Origin: Tortispora ganteri
Lineage: Eukaryota
Direction: 5' to 3'
DNA: 64,000 nucleotides
Assembly: GCA_003707115.1 (NCBI GenBank)
Contig: PPNB01000006.1
Span: 1-64,000, forward strand
Part shown: piece by piece, positions 1 through 9,390 of the stretch
Layout of the letters: each line of letters begins with the position of its first letter
Numbering within the stretch: position 1 is the stretch's first letter
Program-made: the position numbers and the translations under genes
Notes under the pieces: model-generated
Told to the model about the DNA's origin: nothing
The model's input: the letters and a program-made list of their open reading frames with translations, nothing else
Databases searched by the model: none

Positions 1-632
1 ATACCTGTAGGAATATTAAGCTTAGATATTTCTTCGTCAGAAATGCCATCGAGGTGTTTGACCAAAGCACGAAGAGAGTTTCCATGAGCAGCCACCATGA
101 CAGTTTTGCCGGCTTTTAAATCAGGAATAATTTCGGCTTGCCAATAAGGAAGAAGACGATCTATGACAAGTTTTAGAGACTCAGTCTTGGGAAGCTCGGA
201 CTTGGGGATGTCGCTGTAGCGCTCATCGTTAACTTGAGAAAACTCAGAACTGTCATCAATTTCAGGAGGAGGAATATCAAAAGAGCGACGCCAGGTCATG
301 AATTGTTCTTCTCCAAACTCAGCAAGGGTAGCAGCCTTGTCTTTTCCTTGCAGAGCGCCGTAGTGACGCTCGTTAAGGCGCCAACTGCGTTTAACATCGA
401 TCCACGAACGACCCGAAACACCAAGGGCAATATTGGCAGTTTCAATAGCACGGGTTAATCTCGAAGTGTATAAAATAGTAGGAGCTAGTCCACTTTCTTT
501 GAGCAATTCTCCAGCTCGTTTCGCTTCTTGACGTCCAAGGTCAGTAAGACCGACATCAACCCATCCAGTGAAAAGATTCTTCTCATTCCAGTCACTCTGA
601 CCGTGGCGCACCAAAATTAATGTATAAGTCAT
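1..632 (-). CDS. GPM1: Cofactor-dependent phosphoglycerate mutase (3' end runs off the window)
   Basis: Manual translation from ATG at 632: [27 protein letters not shown]...[13 protein letters not shown]...[13 protein letters not shown] phosphohistidine motif; not in ORF track because truncated. Confidence 0.95.
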   Translation of the reverse strand, partial: MTYTLILVRHGQSDWNEKNLFTGWVDVGLTDLGRQEAKRAGELLKESGLAPTILYTSRLTRAIETANIALGVSGRSWIDVKRSWRLNERHYGALQGKDKAATLAEFGEEQFMTWRRSFDIPPPEIDDSSEFSQVNDERYSDIPKSELPKTESLKLVIDRLLPYWQAEIIPDLKAGKTVMVAAHGNSLRALVKHLDGISDEEISKLNIPTG

Positions 633-885
633 TTTCCTTGAAAAATTAGCAGGATAAGATTCAAATTTTCGTGCAATTGACTGCAAGTTTCTAAAATTAA
701 TGGCAGAATGAAGAATGCAAGAGAAACCGTGAACACGGCATTTATATATAATAAACTAACCCTAACCCATAAATGTGGGGAAAATATTGGAAGATCATTA
801 TCATGTATATATGTTGCTCATCAATAATCTAAGTGGAGTTAAAGGGATTATTATAATATATGTATTCATACATAAAAGAATTTTG

Positions 886-2517
886 TTACCAAGTTTCAGG
901 AAGCTCGCCAAAGCAAACCGAGTCGTAGTCGACCTGCGCAATGGCATATTTGAGAGAATTTAAGAAAGAATCCAAATCACACAGACCGTTGTAGTCTTTA
1001 GTACAGTATTGCAGAGAATCAAGAGGAACCAGCCTGTTATTCAAAAGCATTCGAACGTATTTCACTCCATCTTTAGACAAAACCTCTATAAAAAGGCGAG
1101 CAGCAAATGGAGTGAGCATGGACAGCGAGAATGTGCGTTTACGGTCCAGCATAGTAGAAGGAAGGTCTGGTTTCAGCGGATCAAGACCAAGCGCAGTCAG
1201 GACAGATACTATTATACTGTCATGAGACATATCCATATACAAGCGTTGCTTAGTTGGGAATGTGTCGGGAGATGAAGTTATAGTGGTATTGATTGACGCG
1301 GCAGCTTCGGTGATCTGGCGTCCTTCAAGTCTAGCTTCAAGTTCTATAAGCCAGCCAACGCCTTGAGCAGCACCAGTGTATGATCCAAAGGAGACACTGC
1401 CATAAAATTCAAGATCAGCAGCGTATTCGTATCCTCTCCATTCGTGTATAGTGAATAGGTCACAGAATTTAGAGCTGCCATAGGCAGCAGTTTCATAAGC
1501 GCACAATTGTTGGAAGGAATAGGCGTCTTCAGCGGTGAAATTCGACGCCAGATCTGGAGGTAAAAACTTTTGAAGACGCGTAACTGCCTTTCTCAAATAG
1601 ATGGAGATCCACTGCTGGCGACGTTGGCTGCCCGTGTGGAATGGTGCAGGGGCATGAGAGTTAGAGCAGCTGTAGTAACTTGCCAATGTATTGTTTTTAC
1701 CAGGTGCTTCTTCTAGCAATACTAGCTTGTAGACTTCCGATTCATGCAAATCCGTTTGGCCAGAGTATATACCAAAAAAACCGGCAGCCCAGGCCTTTGC
1801 TGAAGTTTCAATGCGAGATTGCGTAGTTGCCCGCAATACAAGGGGAGGAAGCTTTTCACCTGAGTCATCGACATTTAGTTCAGGAGTATAGAAGAATTCA
1901 CCTTTTTCAACGGCATTGAACAGGCGGATCCCGTGACTAGCCCAGAAGTCAGAGCCTGCTCGAAATTCCTGGCCGACACCACGAGCCACTAGGTAGTCTG
2001 AGCCCAGAGTATACTTCCAGTCCTTTAGCCACGTAAGGTTGACCAGCAGCGACGCCGAAGCGTTGTCCCAAGAGGCAGAACTTATTTTATCACTTAAATC
2101 GGCGAGCTTTTTGCTTACGCCCGATGTCGGGTACCTCTCAGCATGTCTGTGGAGAATATGGACCTGTTCAAGAACGTAATCATCGGTCAACAAGGCGGGA
2201 TCATTAGATACGCCTTTCCAGACAGTTCCGTCTTCAAAATATGGACATAAAGTAGCCCAGCTCCTTTGACGCGCAAGTTCTACGTATGCTTTTCCTCTAA
2301 GAAACCATTGCGGCATAATGACCCCTTTGTTCATGGCCGCAGCATACATTCCTAGCCCCAATGACCCAAAACTGAGTAAGAAACCTAGTGAAGCTAACAG
2401 AAGTCCACATACTGTGATTTTCTGCCATATTCTTCGTTTAGGTACTGCTTCTGACTGAACCTCATAGTCCGATCCATTTTCTAAAGCAGTATAGCCTTTT
2501 CGCACGAAGTTGTCCAT
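886..2517 (-). CDS. Histidine acid phosphatase/phytase (branch 2) with N-terminal membrane anchor
   Basis: RHAERYP and SHDS catalytic motifs; one TM segment (ITVCGLLLASLGFLLSFG); first ATG at 2517 (ORF track starts at a TTG). Confidence 0.9.
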   Translation of the reverse strand: MDNFVRKGYTALENGSDYEVQSEAVPKRRIWQKITVCGLLLASLGFLLSFGSLGLGMYAAAMNKGVIMPQWFLRGKAYVELARQRSWATLCPYFEDGTVWKGVSNDPALLTDDYVLEQVHILHRHAERYPTSGVSKKLADLSDKISSASWDNASASLLVNLTWLKDWKYTLGSDYLVARGVGQEFRAGSDFWASHGIRLFNAVEKGEFFYTPELNVDDSGEKLPPLVLRATTQSRIETSAKAWAAGFFGIYSGQTDLHESEVYKLVLLEEAPGKNNTLASYYSCSNSHAPAPFHTGSQRRQQWISIYLRKAVTRLQKFLPPDLASNFTAEDAYSFQQLCAYETAAYGSSKFCDLFTIHEWRGYEYAADLEFYGSVSFGSYTGAAQGVGWLIELEARLEGRQITEAAASINTTITSSPDTFPTKQRLYMDMSHDSIIVSVLTALGLDPLKPDLPSTMLDRKRTFSLSMLTPFAARLFIEVLSKDGVKYVRMLLNNRLVPLDSLQYCTKDYNGLCDLDSFLNSLKYAIAQVDYDSVCFGELPETW

Positions 2518-2866
2518 GTGTAAGACCTGCAATCGGTATGACGAAAGCTGAGATTAGGGGTTGGGGGACCCCTGTCAGTTTGAGTAGAGAGAACGTGATT
2601 TGAGCCGCATTTCTTAATTGAGTAATCAATTATTTACTACCACCAACAACAAACAACGTGACTAACGTCAAAAGAACGTTAGTAGCTACAAATCCGCCGT
2701 TTGTATTTTATTTTTTTTATTTTATTTATTGAATTATTATAAGCTCTTAATACTGATTTGTATTTGTGAACTCTCAACGGGAAAGTGGCGGTGCAGTAGT
2801 GTAAACTGTCACTTATAGCTTTAGTGAGGAATTGACCATTCACTATTTATTTCATCAAAAGTCAAT

Positions 2867-4534
2867 ATGGATGGCTTTAATAACATATATGAACCTTTAT
2901 GGACATCAGCAAAGTGTCTTAGACATATAAGGAGACTCAATTCGCGGCTTTGTGCTCTCAAGGAGTTAAGAAAGCTTCAAGAGCCATCTACGCTGTATAA
3001 CAACAATGAACTGACTCTGGAAATAATCAAAAAAACTACAACTTCTACGTTAAGCAAACCTACGAAGTCACATTTTAACAGAATTATTCCTTTGATTTCA
3101 AATATATGGGACTCTAACATCTACTACAGCGTCATCAGTTTAATAGAAATTCTGGATCACCTATACTCTTCAGTAGCAGAATCGTGCCTTATTACAGATC
3201 GCTTAAAACTATCGCAGATGTGTGCCTTTAATATCGGTTTCCACACTGGTAGGGACGCAGATATGGAGACTATGGAGACTGTAATGACTGAATGGGATTC
3301 ATTGGATCACCAAAGAATGCTCGTAATGGCCGGGTACGCTTATGGCTCTCTTGATTCACATATCCACATTCTCCAAGATTTAGCCCCTCTTGTAATCAAT
3401 TTACTCTACGATATTGGTCACATTAAAGTATCTAGAGGGCTCTTTAAGTCGTATTTGGTAACAGTACCGGCCTCCATTATCAAGCAAAGCAGTTCTTTAG
3501 GATACCTGGCTAACAAATGCGGGGTGTCCCTCATTTCTCTCCTAGTCAAAATTGAATGCACAGAACTCGGCACAGAAATACGCGATCCGATACAGTTTAT
3601 TCCTAGGCCTTCAAATATCACGAATGAACAGATAGTGCATTTGACAGATTGGATAGAGTATCTTACCGCGAATCGAAGCCGTGAATCACTAAAACCGTTG
3701 ATCCCTGCTATGACTAATTCTATCGTCGCGTTAACGGTACATGACGTGTTCTTGTCTCCGATGACTTTATGTCAAATGTGTAAAAAGGGGCTCACATTCG
3801 TTTATGACTTCTACACAATCTATTGCACGGTCACGGGATCGAGTATCCGAGGAATATATACTGGTTCTGACATGAACTATTCGTATATTCGTAATAAAGC
3901 GCACTATTCAGAGGTCTTAAGAGCACTAGTGTTATACACAGTGAGCTCAGAAACAGCAGCGGCGTTTATTGAGGGGCTGATGACAAATAACCACGATATG
4001 ATTGCCGCCGATATGGTCATGCTGATGTCGCAGGTACACTATACCTCGGAGGAACAGGTAAGTTCCATGTCAAATCCCGAAACTACAGCGTTCGGACGAG
4101 CACTCCAGTCCGTCTCTGACAGCATTAAAAGTATATTGCAAGATGTTGGAAACAATTATACGGCTATGACCGCAATATTCGATCTACTAGATATCTCTGA
4201 AGGCAAAAAGTTCGCGTATACCAGTGGATTCGCCGGTGTATCCGATGATTACGAAGCGAAACAAACAAAGAAAAAGCTAATTGACAGTACTGAATTATGG
4301 CTTAATGCAGAACTTACAGCCTCATTCTATCAGGATATATTGGCCAGCGAAACTAAACAAGCTGCATTGATAGCCGAATCAGATAAGCCCACCAAATCAA
4401 AAAGCCAGAAACCAGCACAACTCAAACGAAAGGCATTGCTATGCGATAACTCTGTTACAAATCAAAATTGTGATAATGGCTTACAGTTCAGCGATTTGTC
4501 GATTCATCCGAGAAAGCTACTCAAGCAAGGCTGA
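2867..4534 (+). CDS. Uncharacterised 555-aa protein
   Basis: Long ATG-initiated ORF filling a gene-sized gap; helical/hydrophobic body and basic C-terminus; no family recognised. Confidence 0.75.
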   Translation: MDGFNNIYEPLWTSAKCLRHIRRLNSRLCALKELRKLQEPSTLYNNNELTLEIIKKTTTSTLSKPTKSHFNRIIPLISNIWDSNIYYSVISLIEILDHLYSSVAESCLITDRLKLSQMCAFNIGFHTGRDADMETMETVMTEWDSLDHQRMLVMAGYAYGSLDSHIHILQDLAPLVINLLYDIGHIKVSRGLFKSYLVTVPASIIKQSSSLGYLANKCGVSLISLLVKIECTELGTEIRDPIQFIPRPSNITNEQIVHLTDWIEYLTANRSRESLKPLIPAMTNSIVALTVHDVFLSPMTLCQMCKKGLTFVYDFYTIYCTVTGSSIRGIYTGSDMNYSYIRNKAHYSEVLRALVLYTVSSETAAAFIEGLMTNNHDMIAADMVMLMSQVHYTSEEQVSSMSNPETTAFGRALQSVSDSIKSILQDVGNNYTAMTAIFDLLDISEGKKFAYTSGFAGVSDDYEAKQTKKKLIDSTELWLNAELTASFYQDILASETKQAALIAESDKPTKSKSQKPAQLKRKALLCDNSVTNQNCDNGLQFSDLSIHPRKLLKQG

Positions 4535-4754
4535 TCCAGTGAGAGATCCACCGGACTAGATATTGTATTGAGATGCACGATCCAAACTTAAGGAGACGGT
4601 TATCTAATGATGGGCAAGTTTAACATGTTGGTGATGGGGTCTTGGGTTTACCCTTAAAGGACTTTTCCGACCGATCAGACGTACATCATTGGACTGACTG
4701 GTCGGCCATTTATCATTGCTGATGCGCTACTATTAAGGTTTTATTTAACTAGAT

Positions 4755-4817
4755 CCGAGGTACGGTAGGTTCTAGCGGGGACAGATTTACCCCACACCTT
4801 TTTAAACACTATATATA
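4755..4817 (+). promoter_or_regulatory. Thiolase promoter: CCGAGG (FarA/Por1-type), GCGGGG and CCCCAC (Mig1/CreA-type), TATA
   Basis: CCGAGG 4755-4760, GCGGGG 4775-4780, CCCCAC 4790-4795, TATATATA 4810-4817; short motifs, so function is inferred. Confidence 0.45.
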
Positions 4818-4929
4818 CCGGATACGGTCAGAAATATTTCCTCGCTAACATATTTCTTTTACCGAGAAAAAAACCTCGTTAACTTTTCGAATCAAAAGAA
4901 GAAAAAAAGAATCAACTCTCTGAACGAAA

Positions 4930-6306
4930 ATGGGTCGCGTATTTGTTGCTGGAGTCGGCATGACTGCCTTTATTAAACCTCGTAACAAAGTTCCTTATGA
5001 GGAGATGGGATTGGAAGCTGCTACTAAAGCGTTGCTTGATGCTGGTATCACTTACGATGAAGTCCAATTTGCTGCTGCTGGATTCTGCTATGGTGATTCT
5101 ACTTCCGGTCAGCGTGTATTGTATCAACTAGGCATGACATCTATTCCTATTGTCAACGTCAACAACAACTGTTCTACTGGATCTACCGCACTTTACCTTG
5201 CACGCCAAATGGTCGAGTCCGGTTCTGTAGATTGTGCCATGGCCATCGGATGGGAAAAAATGGAACCTGGTCGTCTTGGTAAAGACGTCAAGTGGCCCAC
5301 TCACACTCCTCCCTTAGGCAAGGCCCTGGAGATGATGTCAGAGATATGTGGCACTACTTCTGCTCCTATAAATTGCCAGTTGTTTGCTAATGCTGCTGAG
5401 GATTATCGCAAGAAATACGGCGGAAGTACTGATGACTACGCTAAGATCGCTGAGATCAATCATCGCCACTCTGCCAACAATCCTTACTCACAGTTCCGTG
5501 ATGTTTACACCCTTGACCAAATCAAAGCGTCTCCTCACTATCACTGTGGCGTAACGAAGCTCCAATGCTGTCCCACATCTGATGGTGCTGGTGCTGTAAT
5601 TGTTGTCAGCGAGAAGTTCCTTCAAACACACAAGTATCTTGAGAATCAAATTATCGAGATTGCCGCTCAAGCTATGGCCACTGATTCCGTTGAGCTATAT
5701 TCCCGATCTCCATTGCAGATTGCTGGATATGACATGGCCAAGCGTGCTGCGGAGCAAGTTTACAAAAAAAGCGGAATTTCTCCCAAACAAGTTCAAGTTG
5801 TTGAACTACACGACTGCTTCTCTGCCAACGAATATATCTCTCTTGATGCTCTAGGGTTATGTGACCCGGGCAAGGCTAGTGAATTAGTGCGCAATGGTGA
5901 TATCACATACGGTGGGAAGTATGTTGTCAACCCCTCCGGAGGTTTGATCTCCAAGGGACATCCTCTAGGTGCTACTGGCCTGGCGCAATGTTCTGAACTC
6001 GTGTGGCAACTCCGTGGATGGACTGACAAGCGTCGTGTCCCTAATGCTCGATATGCTCTGCAGCACAATGTGGGACTGGGTGGAGCTGTTGTTGTTACTT
6101 TGTACAAGCGTCCCGATAACTCTGTTGCACCTCAGAGTCAGTCTGAACTTCCTAAGGTCGATGGCCGTAGTCGTCTTGGCTATAACCCTGCAGATGAGTG
6201 CCGTTCAGTGACTATGAACGATATCCGCAGAGTGCAAGCACGTGCCTCTACGGACTACATCATCAAAGATACTTCTGTGTTCAAGGCCCAGCAATCGCAC
6301 ATGTGA
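4930..6306 (+). CDS. SCPx-type (SCP2 family) thiolase, probably peroxisomal
   Basis: NVNNNCSTGS, ELHDCFS, NPSGGLISKGHPLGATG motifs; no fused SCP2 domain; ends in SHM (PTS1-like). Confidence 0.92.
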   Translation: MGRVFVAGVGMTAFIKPRNKVPYEEMGLEAATKALLDAGITYDEVQFAAAGFCYGDSTSGQRVLYQLGMTSIPIVNVNNNCSTGSTALYLARQMVESGSVDCAMAIGWEKMEPGRLGKDVKWPTHTPPLGKALEMMSEICGTTSAPINCQLFANAAEDYRKKYGGSTDDYAKIAEINHRHSANNPYSQFRDVYTLDQIKASPHYHCGVTKLQCCPTSDGAGAVIVVSEKFLQTHKYLENQIIEIAAQAMATDSVELYSRSPLQIAGYDMAKRAAEQVYKKSGISPKQVQVVELHDCFSANEYISLDALGLCDPGKASELVRNGDITYGGKYVVNPSGGLISKGHPLGATGLAQCSELVWQLRGWTDKRRVPNARYALQHNVGLGGAVVVTLYKRPDNSVAPQSQSELPKVDGRSRLGYNPADECRSVTMNDIRRVQARASTDYIIKDTSVFKAQQSHM

Positions 6307-6413
6307 TGTGGCAAGGCCAATTTCGGTAATCTGTATAACTTTCAGGAATATAACAAATGTTTGAATACCAGTGAAGTAGTTATAAGTAGAATACAAGAGA
6401 GAGAGAGCCGAAG

Positions 6414-7139
6414 TTATGGAAGTAAGACGTAAACAGAACTGAACAATAACCCAAAAAACAGTCCGGATATTTTTTCCAGCACGGTGTGGTAATATAGAGT
6501 TGTCATTAGAAGCATCCACCAGAAAATAAACAAGACAGTAAAGACAAACTTGAGTAGGATGCTAGATTTGAGCTCTGCAAGTGTCAAAGTAGGCTGAAGT
6601 TCGTGCCACAGAAGCGTTCCTGCTTGTGTTAGGAGAAAGACATGGCCGCTTGGATCATGGCCATTCCTCCATAAGCCCTTCGAGGAGCGACAAGTAGCAG
6701 ACGAGAGAATGAGTTCGCCTGAAATTGGGTGAAACAAGGTCTGATCTGGAGTTATATAGTGAGCGCAGTATCCGCCCGTTCCCAGGAATACACGGTCCAT
6801 TAACGGGGGTCCAAAGAACCATTGTGTGAATAGGTACCACCAACCAGTGGCGAGGGTATACTTGAATATACTAGTATAAGTTTCTCTGGTTGCGATCTTA
6901 CCATTTCGTTGAATTTGACGTAAGACTATCAAAGCAAAAGCTATTGTAGTCCATAACCATCCTATTTTGACTACATAAACGTTGAGTACGTTTTTCTTGT
7001 TTGCGTAGTACGAGTCCTGAACGGCTCCAAGCTCACACAGAATTGTTCCTATTAGGACAGTAACAGTAGCGATTAGTTCGGAAGTAAACTGTCTTGATCC
7101 GATAATAGGTCGCAATCGATTAGTAGTTTTACTGGTCAT
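6414..7139 (-). CDS. SCS3: FIT family ER acyl-CoA diphosphatase (Scs3/Yft2-like)
   Basis: NVYVVKIGWLWTT, FTQWFFGPPLMDR, GHDPSGHVFLL, YYHTVLEK motifs; multi-TM; SCS3 versus YFT2 not resolved. Confidence 0.85.
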   Translation of the reverse strand: MTSKTTNRLRPIIGSRQFTSELIATVTVLIGTILCELGAVQDSYYANKKNVLNVYVVKIGWLWTTIAFALIVLRQIQRNGKIATRETYTSIFKYTLATGWWYLFTQWFFGPPLMDRVFLGTGGYCAHYITPDQTLFHPISGELILSSATCRSSKGLWRNGHDPSGHVFLLTQAGTLLWHELQPTLTLAELKSSILLKFVFTVLFIFWWMLLMTTLYYHTVLEKISGLFFGLLFSSVYVLLP

Positions 7140-7215
7140 GGTGGCAAAGTGATATTAGATCAAGTGAATGCCTTAACAGGAGAGGCGATTTAAGGCGGCA
7201 ATGCAAATAAACAAT

Positions 7216-7255
7216 ATATGGAAGTAAATATGGAAGTAAATATGGCAGTAAATAT
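7216..7255. repeat. 12-bp tandem repeat ATATGG(A/C)AGTAA, about 3.3 copies
   Basis: Units at 7216, 7228, 7240 in the AT-rich gap upstream of the FIT gene. Confidence 0.8.
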
Positions 7256-7422
7256 ATCTGCAAATATATTTATGTAAAAAAATTTATAGTAAAATATTAT
7301 ATATCGAGGATAATCATGCAAAGTGAGATGATTTGAGATCTTGCAGTTATTATCGCTTTCTGGGTGTTTTTAAGGCTGGCTGAGAGAAGTGATAAACCAC
7401 ATTAAGATCTGTGAAGTTAAAG

Positions 7423-9207
7423 TCAAGGGATTTTCACAATTTTGAGATCAATGACAGCTAAATTCCCATTTTTGACGGCTTGGATTGCTTGTGGCAAAAC
7501 TTCCAACAGTTGACTCATTGTTGATGCTTCGGCGACATAAGCGGACCCACCAGACGCGGCTTTTGCGATTCCACCATAATCTATATCTGGGTTTTCAAAA
7601 GATATATGCATTTGTGCACGAGTAGATTTAGATGCAGAGCCATGAGGGTGTACGAGCATTGTGGAATGTTTTGGTGCGTTCCAACCACCATTGTTGAATA
7701 CAATAGTGAGGAATGGAGTGTTGTACCGGGCAGCCATCCAATATGCTGCTGTCGGTACTGAGAACACAAAGCAGCCGTCACCGACAAATGCAACTAAAAA
7801 TCTGTCAGTTTGACCGATACTATTTAGCCCTAGTTTTGCACCGACTGCGCCTCCTACGAGCCAACCGAGTCCTCCACCGCCAGAATTCATAAAGCTGCCC
7901 GGTTCTGTCAATCGCATATGATGCACAACGTTCACAGCGTTAGTCACAGATTCAGAAAGAACCATACTGTCCCTAGGGATTTGCTCGCGAATACATGCAA
8001 TCGCGACGGGTGCAGTCAGTTGTTCATCCATGCTCGAAACTTGCTCTTTTGCAATAAGTTCCGTGACGAATTGCTTATATCTTTGCACGTTAGCCTGAGT
8101 CGATGCACGCTTCATATCATGAGCTTCACAGTACTCCAGCAGTTGGCATACAGCGGCAGTAGCATCTGCACGATACTTGTACTGTGCCCATGTGTAGTGT
8201 AGTGGCATGTTCTCCTTAAGCACGTCGACATCTATATGCACCACGGTGGCAGTATCTGAAGGACGGGACTGAGTAGGTATAAATGGTACATTGCAGTTCA
8301 AAATAAGAATGACGTCTGCCTCGGGAATCAGTGGTGAGGAACCAAGAGCTGAACCACGCCATAAATGGCAGTTGGCGGGGAAATTGAGGTCACTGAGCCC
8401 CGTATCAAGTACTTCGATGTCTAATAGCTTAGCTAGCTTCTCAAGATTTTTCACGGCAGAAATGTCGCGGCCAATTGACCCAGTGATGATTAGTGGCCGA
8501 GTGGCTGTAGATAGAATCTGAACAATATGCTGCACAGCTTTATGCGGTAATACGCCTAGCTCTACGGGCAGCCATTGGTTCTGGTTCAATTTATAAGGGT
8601 CAATTTGCTCTTCGAGAACTTCGCGCGCAGCACACAAGTATACAGGACCTTTTGGTTCTGAATTTGCAAACATTAGTGCACGATTGACCATTTGTTTGAT
8701 ATGTTTAGCTGATCGGATCTCGTAGTCAAATCGCGTATAGTTATTTACGAGGTTGCGCTGGTTGTGTACATCCTGTAAATAGTGGATATATTCAGTACGA
8801 CTTCCTGGAAGCTCACCTTCTTGAGTAAATGGACTGAGACCGGCAAATATCAATACAGGCACGCGTGAACATGATACATTGTGAAGAGCTCCACCAAGAG
8901 CCGCTGTGCCTACATCGACATGCACAATAACGGCTTGTGCTCGACCAGTGATTTGAGACATAGCTTGTGCCGCAGATAATGCTACCATTTCATTAGGGCA
9001 GGTAATAATCTCCAGTGGTACAGGGTCATTCGTAAAAGCTTCAATGATAGATGGATGATCGCTTCCTAGAGATTTTTGGTTAGTATTAGTCCAGGGGCAG
9101 AAAGAGGTGTTGAAGCAGCACTATAACTTACCAAGATTAACAAAACAATGAGTTATTCCAGCCTCATATAGGGCTTGCAGAAAAGCTCGACCGCCAGATA
9201 TAGTCAT
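7423..9207 (-). CDS. Thiamine-diphosphate-dependent enzyme (acetolactate synthase/decarboxylase-like), 2 exons: 9207-9132 and 9065-7423
   Basis: Spliced N-terminus MTISGGRAFLQALYEAGITHCFVNLGSDHPSIIEA...CPNEMVA; ThDP motif GDG...NNGGW; frame continuous across the intron. Confidence 0.88.
9066..9131 (-). other. Spliceosomal intron (66 nt) in ThDP-enzyme gene
   Basis: GTAAGT donor, TACTAAC branch point, TAG acceptor; splicing restores the NLGSDHP motif. Confidence 0.9.
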
Positions 9208-9390
9208 TATAGTGGATAATATAGCCAAATATTTGTTCCCGATGAGGTTACGTGGGGTAAAATTGGTGGAGTAATAATGGCTCCCCCACTAAAAACTCTT
9301 ATAGTTAAAAAATATCATAGGTTCGTATTTTATACATTAATGTTTTTTATTAACTGAAAAATAAATTGAACAAAGGAAACAGAGGGGGTT

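Noticed and set aside
1..2517. GPM1 and the acid phosphatase as a tandem duplication
   Set aside because: They belong to anciently separated branches of the histidine phosphatase superfamily; adjacency is likely chance
9066..9131. TPP riboswitch in the intron of the ThDP enzyme
   Set aside because: 66-nt intron lacks the conserved CTGAGA and CCTGA aptamer motifs
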